From NCBI GenBank assembly GCA_963799775.1, contig CAWCYD010000003.1, forward strand, positions 448,001-512,000: 64,000 bases of DNA, written 5' to 3'. Below, piece by piece: positions 1-11,768 of the stretch. The position numbers and the translations under genes are program-made. Under the pieces are notes generated by a model, which was not told the origin of the DNA, did no database searches, and saw only the letters and a program-made list of their open reading frames with translations. How positions within the stretch are numbered: position 1 is the first letter of the stretch; every line of letters begins with the position of its first letter. Source of the DNA: an uncultured archaeon (lineage in GTDB: Archaea; Thermoproteota; Nitrososphaeria; Nitrososphaerales; Gagatemarchaeaceae).

Positions 1-1
1 T

Positions 2-1036
2 ACGACCGCCACGACACTCTCGGAGTCGACGCCCAGCTCGGGTTCCTCGACCCAGACACAGACTCTGCAGACCTCGAGCTCGACCATCCTCTCATCTTCT
101 TCCTCATCGACGGCCTCGACCCCAAGCGGCTACTCGACATCGTCTTCCTCCAGCTCCGTCGCCTCGCTCTCTTCGTCCTCCTCTCTGAGCTCCTCCAACT
201 CGCAGCCGATAACACACGTCGTCATCATCCTCATGGAGAACGAAGAGGAGAGCAGCGTCATCGGGAACCCGGAGGCCCCCTATCAGAACAGCCTCGCTTC
301 TAGCTACGCGCTCGCGGGTAACTACTTCGGGGTCGCCCACCCCTCGCTTCCCAACTACCTTGCGCTGATATCGGGCAGCACCTTCGGGGTCAACAGCGAC
401 TGCCTGCCCGCGCAGTGCACCCTCCCGGGCAGCGTGAGCACCATCGCGACCCTGCTCGACTCACACCACCTTTCGTGGAAGGAGTACGCAGAGTCGATGC
501 CCGCGAACTGCTCTCAGACCAACAGCCCTGACGGCTACTACTACCCGAAGCACGACCCATTCGTCTACTTCGGCGCGATCACCGGGAACAACGGGACGGG
601 GGCGACCTCGAGCTACTGCGAATCCCACGTCGTCTCCTTGAACCAGTTCTATATCGACCTCCAGGCGGGCAACCTTCCCAGCTACTCGTTCATCACCCCC
701 AACATATACGACGACGCCCACAGCGCCCCACTCTCTACGGGCGACGAGTGGCTCTCGACCTTCGTCTCCAAGATAATCAACTCGAGCTCCTTCTCCTCGA
801 CAGCCCTCTTCATCACCTACGACGAGGGGAACGACAACGACACGACCCTAGGAGGGGGGCAGGTGCCATGCATCCTTGTCTCGCCGTTTGCGAAGATGGG
901 ATACGTCTCTCACGTCCAGTATTCGCACTACTCGCTGCTGGCAACGGTCGAGGCGATCTTCAACCTCGGCAGTCTGGGGAAGAACGACGCCAACGCGACC
1001 GTCATGTCCGACATGTTCGCGCGCGGCTTCCCCTGA
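2..1036 (+). CDS. Secreted phosphoesterase/acid phosphatase family protein with Ser/Thr-rich linker (5' truncated by the window)
   Basis: Frame is open from position 2 through a Ser/Thr-rich stretch into HVVIILMEN; motifs HPSLPNYLA, KHDPF, DAH, ITYDEG and YSHYSLL are typical of the phosphoesterase family. Confidence 0.85.
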   Translation, partial: TTATTLSESTPSSGSSTQTQTLQTSSSTILSSSSSSTASTPSGYSTSSSSSSVASLSSSSSLSSSNSQPITHVVIILMENEEESSVIGNPEAPYQNSLASSYALAGNYFGVAHPSLPNYLALISGSTFGVNSDCLPAQCTLPGSVSTIATLLDSHHLSWKEYAESMPANCSQTNSPDGYYYPKHDPFVYFGAITGNNGTGATSSYCESHVVSLNQFYIDLQAGNLPSYSFITPNIYDDAHSAPLSTGDEWLSTFVSKIINSSSFSSTALFITYDEGNDNDTTLGGGQVPCILVSPFAKMGYVSHVQYSHYSLLATVEAIFNLGSLGKNDANATVMSDMFARGFP

Positions 1037-1081
1037 CCGGACAATCCTAATACGGGGGAGCGCCGCGGCAGGTCGTCTCCT

Positions 1082-4000
1082 TTGCAAACGCCCGTCGCGA
1101 AGCAATTCGACCTAGCCGAGAGGCTGCGCTCCCTCACAGAACCCGCGAGCGACCTCGAAGAGGGGCTCCTGGTGTCGGCGACATACGACGGCCAGACCCG
1201 GAAGGCCGTGCTGAAATTCTACGACGCGAAGCGGGAGAGGGTCTGGCTTTGGGAGGACAAGACGGGGCACAAGCCGTACTGCTACACCAGGCTCTCCGAG
1301 TCGGAGATAGCCGCGGCGGGCGTCGAGGTGGGGAAGAACGGGGTCTTGGCCATCGAGCCTGCCCAGCGCCGAGACCTTCTGAGCGACTCCGAAGTGACGG
1401 TGAGGAGGATAACCGCGTCCGACCCGCTGGCGATAGGTGGCTCCCCGGGGAGTCTTCGGGAGAAGATGGAGTGCTGGGAGGCGGACATCAAGTACTTTGA
1501 GAACTACGTTTACGACAGGGGCCTGAGGGTCGGGGCATACTACAAAATCTCCCACGGGGAGCTCTCCCCGGTGGAGAAGGAGGTCGCCGGCGAGGTGAAG
1601 CGGTCCCTTGACTCGATTCTAGCCAGGGCCACTGGCGACGCCGCCCAATACATCAACGCCTGGGCAGAGCTGCTGGGCCAGCCGCTTTCGGGATTCAAGA
1701 GGATCGCGTGCGACATCGAGGTCGCCAACGAGGAAAACCGCATCCCCGACCCGGAGCTCGCGGATAGGAAGGTGATCGCGGTGTCGTTCTACAACGACAA
1801 GGAGTCGATTGTCTACCTGCTCGACGAGTCCGGGCAGGACAAGTCGCTCGACGTGGCGCTGACGGGGTACACGCCCACGGTCTTCGCCGACGAGGCCTCC
1901 CTGCTGAGGGCGACCTTCGCGAAGATGATGGAATACCCCTTCCTCATCACTTTCAACGGGGACGACTTCGACCTCCGGTACCTCAAGCACAGGGCTTTGA
2001 GAAAAGAGATAGGCGTCAAGGAGGAGGAGATCCCGATCGCGCTCCAGAGGCAGGAGGCCTCCCTCAAGCACGGAGTCCACATCGACCTCTACCGCTTCTT
2101 CAACAACCGATCGATCCAGGTCTATGTCTACAACAACAGGTACACGGAGCACACGCTCAACGGGATCGCGGAGGCGCTCCTCGGGAAGGAGAAGATACCC
2201 TTCGAGGGCAACATCGCCGAGCTCCCCCTCGTGACGCTCGCCGACTACTGCCTGAACGACTCTACGCTCACCTACGAACTCACTGCGGCCAACGACTCTC
2301 TTCTGATGAAGATGGTCCTGGTAATCGCGAGGATCGCCAAGATGCCCATGAACGATGTCGTCAGGCTCGGGGTGTCCAACTGGATCCGGAGCATGATATT
2401 CTACGACCACCGCCGCATCGGCGCGCTCATCCCTCGCTCGGACGAGCTCAAGGAGAAGGGCGGCGCCTCGTCGGAGGCGATAATCAAGGGCAAGAAGTAC
2501 AAGGGCGGGCTCGTCATCGAGCCGAAGCCAGGAATCTACTTCGGGGTGTCGGTTCTCGACTTCGCCTCCCTCTACCCGAGCATCATCAAGGTCCACAACC
2601 TCTCCTATGAAACCGTCAACTGCATCCATGAGGAGTGCAGGACCAACCGGGTACCGGACACCGACCACTGGGTGTGCACGAAGCGGAGCGGGATAGAGAG
2701 CCTCCTCATCGGCTCGCTCCGCGACCTTCGCGTCGGCCACTACAAGGCGCTCTCTAAGGACAAGACCCTCCCCAAAGAGACGAGGGACCTCTACACCACT
2801 GTCACTCAGGGCCTAAAAGTTTTCCTGAATGCGTGCTTCACTGGGGACACGCTGGTCGTCACTCCTACCGGGATCAAGAACATCAAGGAGTTTAGGGTGG
2901 GAGACCAAGTCGTCAACGTCAACCCGGAGACCCTCGAGGTAGAGGTGGACAAGGTCGTGGCGGTTCAGGCCTATCAGTACAACGGCGACATCTACCACTT
3001 TCAAGACAAGAGGTTCGTAGACCTCATGGTCACCCCTAACCACAGACTCTTGACCGTCGATAGGCGCAGATCCTCGAGAAGCGGGGCAATGTTCAGGTCG
3101 GCCGAGGAGGTCCGAGACCTTGCGAACGTTGCCATTCCAAAACTGCGAGCGGGCCTGAGACGGGACTCGGCCAACCGCAAGGTCTCGTTGCTCAAGGTGG
3201 CCCAAGAGTGCGGCGCGTTTGCGAGCTTCTATCCACCCTCAGGGGTCCGGCTGATAGACTGGTTCCGGACGCTTCAGCCCGAGCTGCAGATGAAGACCCG
3301 CGAGCACGGACGGGTCAGGAAACTCGGAACTCAACCCACCTGGGAGATTGCGGTGAAGAACCGGCAGTCGCGCTACGAGCTGCCCGCTTACGCGGTCGAA
3401 GAAGTCGACGTCGACGCCGTCGAGGCCGCCGGAGGCCGGGTCATGCTCGGCGAGTCGCACTCAAGGCAAGTCCCAGCTCGCTATGTCGCGGGGGACCTCG
3501 CTTCGCTCTGCGGCTGGTTCGTCTCCGAAGGCAACCCACACGCCACGCCGATGAAGGTGTACGCGAGCGGCCGGGTCCGTGGCAAGACCTCGGGTATCAC
3601 GATTTCGCAAGGGTTCGGGAAAGGGAACGCTATGGGAACCCACTACAGGGTTGAGATACAAGGTCTCCTCGGCAGGCTCGGCCTCAAGAGCATCCAAGAT
3701 TCGGGCCGAAACAAGTACTTCAAAGTCAGCAGCTCGATCCTGAACCGCTGGATGCTCTCGCAGTGCTACGTCGAGGGTCAGGACCATGACGCCGCCGCGA
3801 AGAGAATCCCCGATTTCGTCTTCGAATCGAGCGAGACGTTGAGGGAATTCCTCGCCTCGGCCTACAAAGGCGACGGCAACAAAAGGGGTGTCAGGTATTC
3901 GACGGTGAGCACGCGGCTTGCGCATGACATGGTCGTCTTGCTGAGCCTCCTTGGGTACAAGGCCAGGCTGACCTACGAGAGCGAGTCCCGCATCTACCGG

Positions 4001-6345
4001 ATAGTCTTCAAGAACGTCAGTTCGAAGCTAACCTACTCCGGCCAGGAGAAGCGCAAGAGACTGAAAATCCTGCCCTTCGAAGGGACCGTCTACTGCGTGA
4101 CGACCGAGAGGAACCACACAGTCATCGCCGGCAGGAACGGCAGGTTCGTCCCTGTCGGTCAGTCTTACGGTGTGATGGGATTTGAAACGTTCGCGCTCTA
4201 CTGCCTACCCGTCGCAGACGCGACGGCCGCCTTTGGTAGGGACGCCATAACCAGGACGATCGAGAAATGCAAGCAAGAGGACGTCTCTGTGATCTACTCT
4301 GACAGCGTCACAGGAGAGAGATGCGTGACGGTGATGGATCCAGCCGGTATGGTCAAGGTGATGCCGATAGCGGAGTTCTTTGACGCTTTCGGCGAAGTCA
4401 CCACACGCTCGGACGGAAAGGATGAGGTGCATCCCAAAGGATGGAAGACCCTGGGCACCAGCATCGAGACCGGAGATACGGAGTGGAAGGAAGTGAAGGC
4501 GGCCATCAGGCACCGGAACGCGAAGAAAATCTACAGAGTATGGGACAAGTTCGGCTCAACAAGGGTGACCGAAGACCATTCGCTCGTGGCTTATCGCGGC
4601 GGCGTCCGCGTACTGTCGAGGCCGCAGGGAACCTTCAGGGGAAGCACCTGGTGCGCATCAACAGGTTTCCAGAGGGAGGCAGTATCGATTTGATTGATAC
4701 CTATAAAGTGCTCGAGCCAGTGAAGTACCGCGTTCGCTACAAAGGAAAATGGAAGACGCTCCAAGCGCACTGCGACGAGAGCAGGGTTTGGTACTCCTGG
4801 ACTGAGAGAGCGAGACCAATCAAGCTGAAACGGTTTATCGGAATCGGGTCGCCCGAGTTTAGGGCCCTCGTGGAACTCTTGGGCGCTTACGTCCCAGAGG
4901 GAAGCTCAAGCACGCCAGAGACAACCAAGTCTCACATCGGCGCTTCGATTGCGTGCTCCGACGTCCAATGGCTCGAGCGCCAGCGGCAGAACTACTATTC
5001 CTTGTTCTCAGATGCAAAGGCGTCGATTACCGAATCAAGCCCAGGAACGCGTGAGCTCACGTATGTCTCGACGTCAGGCAAGACCATACAAATCCAGTAC
5101 CAAGATAAGACCCACAAGCTGCAGATGATGAACGAGATCTCAGCCGTTTTCTTCAAGGCGTTCTGCGGCCAGAAGAGCTTCGGAAAGCAGCTTCCAGACT
5201 TCATATTCAATGCGCCGGACGAGTTCAAGCGACTCATGCTCGAGAACCTGATTAAAGGAGATGGCTCGCGCAAGTTTGGGAGAGCATACTCTCAGGAATA
5301 CAAGCTGAAGAACTTCAAGTACGAGAGCAGGTCTCTTCGATTGACTAGCGGGTTGTCCACGCTTCTCATGCAGCTGGGAATAAACCACACTGTCGCATTT
5401 CGACCGAGCAAGAACACATATGCTATCGCGACTTCGACCAAGTACAACAATACAAGCCGATCGCCTCGGACAATCGAGGAGAGCTATGAGGGATACGTCT
5501 ATGACCTGTCCGTCGAAGGATATCACACTTTCAGCGACGCGTGCGGAAGCGTGGTGCTCAAGAACACGGACTCTTTGTTCATCGAGAACCCCGACAAGGA
5601 GAAGGTCTCCGGCGTGCTAAAGTGGGCCGAGAAGGAGCTCGGGGTGGAGCTCGAGGTCGACAAGGCGTACCGATACGTCGCGTTCAGCCAGCTCAAAAAG
5701 AACTACTTCGGCGTCCTGCAGGATGGCACTGCCGACATCAAAGGATTGACGGGCAAAAAATCGCAGACCCCCGAGTACCTCAAGAACCAGTTCTACGAGA
5801 TGCTAGGCATTCTCGGCGCCGTCTACAGCCAGTCAGACTTCGACCAGGCAAAGGCCCGGATCAAGAAGCTGCTGACTGACATGGTGACTAGCCTGAAAGA
5901 TAGGAAAGTCCCCATCGAGGCCATCTCGTTCAACGTCATGATGGGCAAGTCCATCGGCGGATACAAGTCCACGCGGACGCCAGAAGCCCCGAAGAAGGAG
6001 GCCCAGCGCAGCGGCGCTCAGGCATCTCTCCGCGAGGGCCCTCAAGAGCCGCCGCAGCAACCCGGCATCTCGGCGGCAGAGATGAGCGGCCTCCCCCAAC
6101 ACGTAAAGGCCGCGATCCTCATGAGAAACTCGAACAAGGAGATTAGGGCGGGCGAGCTCATCTCGTTCGTGAAGACAAAGGGCGGCCACGGGGTCAAGCC
6201 CACCGTCCAGGCCAAGCCCGACGACATCGACGTGGACAAGTACATCGAGTACGCCAGCTCCATGTTCGACCAGGTCCTCAGCGCCCTCGACCTGTCTTTC
6301 GAGCAGGTGGTCCCCAAGACCAGCCTTGATGCCTTCTGGAGCTAG
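1082..6345 (+). CDS. polB: Family B DNA polymerase (PolB1-type) with two inteins; one frameshift near 4630
   Basis: Exonuclease motifs DIEV, FNGDDFD and YCLND; polymerase motifs DFASLYPSII, KVFLNA|SYG, YSD|TDSLF and KKNYFG. ORFs 1082-4693 and 4441-6345 join in the second intein. Confidence 0.95.
2834..4162 (+). other. Intein 1 in PolB (443 aa, LAGLIDADG type, ends in Gln)
   Basis: Starts CFTGDT; block B VTPNHR; LAGLIDADG-like helices LCGWFVSEG and FLASAYKGDG; ends VYCVTTERNHT...VPVGQ followed by Ser. Removal restores KVFLNASYG. Confidence 0.92.
4304..5565 (+). other. Intein 2 in PolB (about 421 aa, LAGLIDADG type)
   Basis: Starts SVTGER; block B VTEDHS; helices LLGAYVPEG and LENLIKGDG; ends YVYDLSVEGYHTF...VLKN followed by Thr. 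Removal restores YSDTDSLF. Confidence 0.92.
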
Positions 6346-8053
6346 GCGAAAGCGCGGACCTTTTCCTTCAGCTCTGCGACGAGGTCGTCGACCTTGACCC
6401 CGTAGCGGACCTCGCCTCTGGCGGGTCTGACTGAAATCGTCCCCGCCTCCTTTTCTTTGCCTCCGAGAACAAGCATGAACGGGGACCTTCTGAAGCTGCG
6501 CGTCCCGGATCTTCCCTCCTATCGTCCCAGAGTCGAAGACCCTCTCCACGCGCAAACCCGCGCCTTCGACCTTGCTCGCCACCCCCTCCGCGTAGTCCCT
6601 CGCGTCGTCGGTGACTGTCATCACCCGCACCTGGACCGGGGCCAGCCAGAGCGGCAGGTGCCCCTGGGTCTGCTCCAGCAGATAGGCGACGAACCTCTCG
6701 TAGCTCCCCAGTATCGCCCGGTGGATGACGATGACGTGCCTCTTCTCCCCGCCTTCCTCGTAGGTCAACCCGAGCCTCTTGGGAACGACGATGTCGGCCT
6801 GCGATGTGGCGATCGTCTCCTCCTTCCCCATGGTGTTCTTGATCTGGACGTCTATCTTTGGGCCGTAGAAGGCGGCCTCGCCCTTCTCCTCCTCGTACCT
6901 TTGGCCGAACTCCTTCATCGCCGCCCTTATCTCCTCGCTCGCGAACATCCAGTCTGGGTCGCCGACGAACTTCTCAGGGTTCCCTTCAAAGTCGGGAAGC
7001 GAGAGCCTGAACCAGTACCCCGTCACGCCCATAACCTGGTAGACGTCTCGGAACATCGCGAGGAACCTTGAGGAACTCCTCCTTGAGCTGCTCCCTCTTC
7101 ACGTAGATGTGCGCGTCGTTCTGGGTGAAGCTCAGAACCCTGATCAGCCCGTAGGTCACTCCCGAGAGCTCCTTGCGGAAGTCCACGCCGGGCTCGGCGA
7201 GTCGGAGAGGGAGGTCCCTGTAGCTCTTGACCAACTGCTTGAATATCATGTGATGGTGCGGGCAGTTCATGGGTCTGAGGTAATACTGCTCGCCCTCCAG
7301 CTCGAGCGGTGGGTACATCGAGTCGGCGTAGTAGGGCAGATGGCCGGTCTTCTCGTATAGCTTCCCGTTTGTGATCACAGGAGTGCTGACGTACTTGTAT
7401 CCGTTCTTTTCTTCCACACCTCTCATGTACTCGACCAGGATGTGGCGCATGACCTCGCCCTTCGGCATCCAGAGCGGGAGCCCGTGTCCCACGTCGTCGG
7501 CGAAGGTGAAGATCTGCATGTCCTGGCCCAGGATCCTGTGGTCGTTCGGGGGAAGGTCATTCCTATCGAGGATGATCTTTCGAGATGTGACCTTGGGAGG
7601 CTGGGTGTGGGCGCTCACCTTCTCTGCCTTTACCTGGGCGCTAGCGCCGTAGACCCGCGACTGCTCGGCGAGGGGATGGCCCTTGACCTTGATCTGGAAC
7701 GCCTTGTTCCAACCGAACGGCGCCCGATAAGTCTCCACCCCGGACTCGCGCGAGTATCGCTCCATCGCCTTCAAGACCTCGAGCGCGTCCTTGGGGCGAG
7801 CCAGGTTCGAGCTCAGGTGGGCGTACGGGTAGATGATCACCCTGTTGACCTTTAGCTTCCCGAGGAACTCCCTTGTCCCCTCGTTCGCCTGTCTCGCGAC
7901 CGCGTCGTCGTCGCCGTTCTCGACGCTCACGAAGAGGGCGACGATCTCCTCGTACCTCTGTTTCTTCTTGTCCGCGATCTCCTCCGCTGATTGGATCTCC
8001 TTGCCGATGGGCTCGTACTCGATGAAGTCGAGATGCTGTTGAAGTATCCTCAT
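6342..8053 (-). CDS. thrS: Threonine--tRNA ligase (archaeal N-terminal editing domain); two frameshifts
   Basis: IIYPYAHLSS editing domain; YLRPMNCPHH, FTQNDAHI, GEAAFYGPKID, IHRAILGSYERF and LPLWLAPVQV spread across adjacent frames. Confidence 0.95.
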
Positions 8054-8074
8054 CTGGAATCCCCGGCGTCTAAC

Positions 8075-8281
8075 CTAGCCCCAGCGGGCCCTTTGCATGT
8101 CCCTTTCCTTCTTGGTGGCCTTCTTCCAGGTCTTGTAGTGGTCATGGCACAGGTAGACGCGCCTCCCGTCTCCGGAGGCCGAGAGGCCGCTCCCGGCGAG
8201 CTGGTCCTTTCCGATGGACCTCTCGCCAGCGTTCTTGCAGCCCGAGATGGAGCATCCAACGCCCTTGTCGACCTTGCCCAT
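8075..8281 (-). CDS. Small Cys/His (zinc-binding) protein
   Basis: CSISGC...LCHDHY; co-oriented just upstream of thrS. Confidence 0.7.
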   Translation of the reverse strand: MGKVDKGVGCSISGCKNAGERSIGKDQLAGSGLSASGDGRRVYLCHDHYKTWKKATKKERDMQRARWG

Positions 8282-8342
8282 CGTGGAATCGGGCTCCTCA
8301 GTCCATATTTATAGGATGTTCTCGCTTCGGCCACCACCACAC

Positions 8343-8948
8343 TTGCTCGACAGGCTTAGAGGCTCTCTCGCATCATCCCTTGCCTCTCTGGGAAAGGGCG
8401 CCGCTCGGGTCGTCCCCAATCCCACCGGCTGGACTCTGATGGGTCTCCTCTTCGCCATCGTCGCGTTCCTCTTTTACGCGGCGAGCCACGCGCTAATAGG
8501 CGGCCTGCTCCTCGCCGTCTCGGGCTTCTTCGACGTAGTGGACGGGGCCGTCGCAAGGGCCACGGGGCGGACCAGCCAAAGAGGTGCCTTCCTCGATTCG
8601 ACGCTAGACAGGGTGACCGAGGTGCTCGTTTTCGTGGGGATCCTCATAGGGAAATTGGCCTCGCCCCTCCTCGTCCTTCTCGCCCTATCCTTCAGCCTGC
8701 TTGTGAGCTACGCGCGCGCCAAGGGAGACGCCCTCGGTGTGAGCCTCGCAGGAAAAGGGATCGGCGAGAGGAGCGAGCGACTGGTCGTGCTCATCATAGC
8801 CTCGGTCCTCGGGATCCTGTGGGTCGGGGTCGCGATCGTGGTCGTCCTTGCCCTGGTCACGTTCGTCCAGAGGACCGTTTCGCTGAGCAATTCGTTAGGG
8901 CGGCGGTCCTCGGCCCGGCTGGACCAGCCACCTCCTCGCTCCCCGTAA
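8343..8948 (+). CDS. CDP-alcohol phosphatidyltransferase (archaetidylinositol-phosphate synthase-like)
   Basis: Signature DVVDGAVAR...GAFLDSTLDR; multiple TM helices; TTG start at 8343. Confidence 0.9.
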   Translation: MLDRLRGSLASSLASLGKGAARVVPNPTGWTLMGLLFAIVAFLFYAASHALIGGLLLAVSGFFDVVDGAVARATGRTSQRGAFLDSTLDRVTEVLVFVGILIGKLASPLLVLLALSFSLLVSYARAKGDALGVSLAGKGIGERSERLVVLIIASVLGILWVGVAIVVVLALVTFVQRTVSLSNSLGRRSSARLDQPPPRSP

Positions 8949-8978
8949 GGGACAGCGTGAGCTGTCCTATCGGGCCTT

Positions 8979-9254
8979 CTAGCCCATGCGTCTTTCCGAC
9001 TTGGCTCTTACGTTCACTATCCCGTAGTGTACGGAACAGCTGATGCAGTAATAGCGAACGGTCGTGGGAGACGCGATGTACGCGCCGGCCGCCCTGAGCT
9101 CTCTTGCTAGGATAGGCTCGACCATGCTCAATCGCGTGGTGACCTTCTTCGCCTTGTCCCTCGGGACGTGCGCACCGCAGTTGCTGCACGAAATGAAGCC
9201 GGAGCTGCCCTTTCCGCCCTTCGATCTGCCCCGACTCTTTCTCTTCTTTGTCAA
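8979..9254 (-). CDS. rps26e: 30S ribosomal protein eS26
   Basis: KKRKSRGR...CSNCGAHVPRDKA...YYCISCSVH. Confidence 0.95.
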   Translation of the reverse strand: MTKKRKSRGRSKGGKGSSGFISCSNCGAHVPRDKAKKVTTRLSMVEPILARELRAAGAYIASPTTVRYYCISCSVHYGIVNVRAKSERRMG

Positions 9255-9474
9255 GCTGAATACCGAGAAAGGCGCCCCCGGGGCCTGCTTAAAAGCTTGG
9301 GGCGTGGCGAGGGTGGTTCTCCCATGTCGTCGTGTTCTGCATATTTATGCTGGACGGAAGGGCATTCTCCCATTCGCTCTCTTTGGAGCATTGTGGCTTT
9401 CGCGGTAGCCTGTGGCCCAACCTGTTCCACGCGCTCTGAGGCGCAAGAACCTAACGGGCTCTAGCTCTTTTTGC

Positions 9475-10449
9475 TCAGCCGTCCAGCCTGAAGGTCTGTT
9501 CCTCCTTCAGCATGATGTACATGGCCCGCATGAGCTTCCTCGCTGCGGCCACGATCGCCACCTTCTCGCCCCTCCTCTTCGCGAGCTCCACGTAGAATTT
9601 CGTTATCGAGGAGTCGCACCACCTCACGTGGACGCGCGTGCACTGGACCATTATCCAGTTCAGCATCACGCTCCTCGTCCTGTTGGGTGTCGAGTGGCTC
9701 TTGTCCGCCGACTGTCTCAACCCTGGCACGAGGCCTGCGTACGAGCAGAGGTGCTCGTGGTCGGCGAATCTGTTCACGTCTGCGATCTCGCTCGATATCA
9801 GGAGGGCCGAGTAGTGGGAGACGCCGGGTATCGTGACGAGGAGCTTCGCATACTTGTCCTGCAGGGCGACCCCCTTCACCTTCAGGTCGAGCTCCCCGAT
9901 CTTCCCGTCCAGGAACTCGATGGTGTCCATGTAGTCGTCCACCGCGTCGATGTGGAGGGACCTCAGGAACTTCCTCCCTTCCCGCGTGAAGACGTCGCCC
10001 TCGTGCTTCACCCATCGCTTCGCGAGCTCCGCCTTCACCTTGCTCTTGAACCCGGTGCGCGTCTCGACGAGGTGATGCCTCCTCCTGACGAGGTCCCTGA
10101 CCTCCCTGGTCTTCTCGTCCGGCACGTAGGACTCGGGTATCATGTCCGCCCTCAGCAGGTCCGCCAGCGTCCTCGCGTCGACCTTGTCCGTCTTCACCTT
10201 TGCGTAGGCGATGGCCTTCACCATCAGCGGATGCGCGACCTTCACGTCGTATCCCTTCTCCTTCAGCACGTCGCGGATGTGCTGATGGTTGTACCCGGAC
10301 TCCATGACGACGCTCGCATTTGTGCCGTCGAGGAATTCCAGTATCTTTTCTTCGTCCTTCGCCACCTTCGACTCCCTCATCACCTTTCCAGCGTCGTCCT
10401 TGAGGACGCACTGTATCGATTTCTCGTGCAGGTCTAGCGCGGCATACAT
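9475..10449 (-). mobile_element. IS110-family recombinase/transposase
   Basis: N-terminal ALDLHEK, VVMESG and KTDKVDA (DEDD); C-terminal TIPGV, SYAGLVPGLRQSA and AIVAAARKL. Confidence 0.93.
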
Positions 10450-10518
10450 GCTAGTGGCTGTGGCTTTCCTTCGCCTTATCTTCTGCGAGCATCCCACCTG
10501 TTCCGTCTCTGAGATGGC

Positions 10519-10748
10519 TCAACTCGACGGTCCACTTTGGATGGTTCTTGGCTTGAGAAATGAGAACGCCAATCCGATCGCAGAAACGACGGTGATCAAG
10601 GCTGGAACTTCAACATCCATGACAACACTAGAAAGTAAGGACAGCCCGAAGCCGGACAACTGTAGCCCGTCGTCAATCCGAGATAAAGTGTGCCGACACC
10701 AAGAAGTAGCCCCATCAGAGAAAAGACCCTGATCTCCCGGCGGGTCAA
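10519..10748 (-). CDS. Small two-TM protein with CPASGCP loop (frameshifted; not in ORF track)
   Basis: Manual translation: TRREIRVFSLMGLLLGVGTLYLGLTTGYSCPASGCP, then frame change to VPALITVVSAIGLAFSFLKPR...stop. Confidence 0.4.
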
Positions 10749-10864
10749 CTCGGTGCCCTCTCTTTCCTTTGAGATGGCCCTCCTATAGGAATTCCACCCA
10801 CTGGAAGCGCGTCCGGCCCCAGCAAGTCTTAAGGCGCTTCCAAAGTGGACAGACGCGAGCAGGG

Positions 10865-11766
10865 TTGAACGTCCTCGTCGCGGGTTTCATCACCATCGAC
10901 AAGATCGAGCTCAACCTCCGACAGATCACTTCCATTGGAGGCCCTCCCTGCTATGCCGGCCTCCTTTGCGCGAGGTTCGGTTTTGACGTCACACCCCTGA
11001 CGAAGGTGGGACCTGACTTTCCCGACGAGCAGATCGTGTGGCTCTCAAGGAACGGCCTCCAACTGCGCGCCGTCGACAGGAGCAGCACGAAGAAGACCAC
11101 CCGGTTCAAGCTGCTGAACAAGGGTGAAGAGAGGTCGCTCTATCTGGTCGAGAGGTGCGAAGACCTGACCATCGACCAGGTGCCCGAGAAGCAGTTCAAC
11201 GCCTCCCTCATCAGCCCCTTGGCGCATGAGATCTCAGTCCCGCTCTTCGAGGAGGTGAGGAGGCACTCGGACTTTTGTTTCCTCGACCCTCAGGGCTTCG
11301 TCAGGATGTTCGACGGCTCTGGAAAGGTCTACATCGACGGATGGAACGACGAGAAGGTCCCTCGGGAACGTCGACGCGCTGAAGATGGACCTCGAGGAGG
11401 CCAACGCCCTCACAGGGATGAAGGACGGCAAGGCAGCGCTGGTGAAACTCTCGAAGAAGGTCCGCAAGGCGGTCGTGACGAGGGGAAGCGAGCCGGCGCT
11501 CGTGCTCGACGGCAACAAGATAACCCAGGTAGAGGTGCCCGAAGGTGAAGGTGGTGGACAGCACCGGCGCGGGGGACATCTTCGCAGGAGCCCTCATCAG
11601 CTGTTTCCTTCGCTCAAGGGACTTCCTCTGGTCCTGCTGCTTCGGCATCGCGGCGTCGTCTCTCTCGCTCACGTCAATCGCGCTGGGCAAGATAGAGCTC
11701 CCCCGGAGCGTCGACCAGCAGGCTAGGAAGCTCTACGCCTCAGCGACGACAGTCGAGACGGTCTGA
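10865..11766 (+). CDS. PfkB-family carbohydrate kinase; frameshifts
   Basis: GGPPCYAG, FLDPQGFVR and VDSTGAGDIF across three frames. Confidence 0.9.
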
Positions 11767-11768
11767 AC

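Noticed and set aside
9412-10437. Long antisense and alternate-frame ORFs over IS110, polB, lig, nfeD and others
   Set aside because: Shadow ORFs expected in GC-rich coding DNA; no recognisable motifs.
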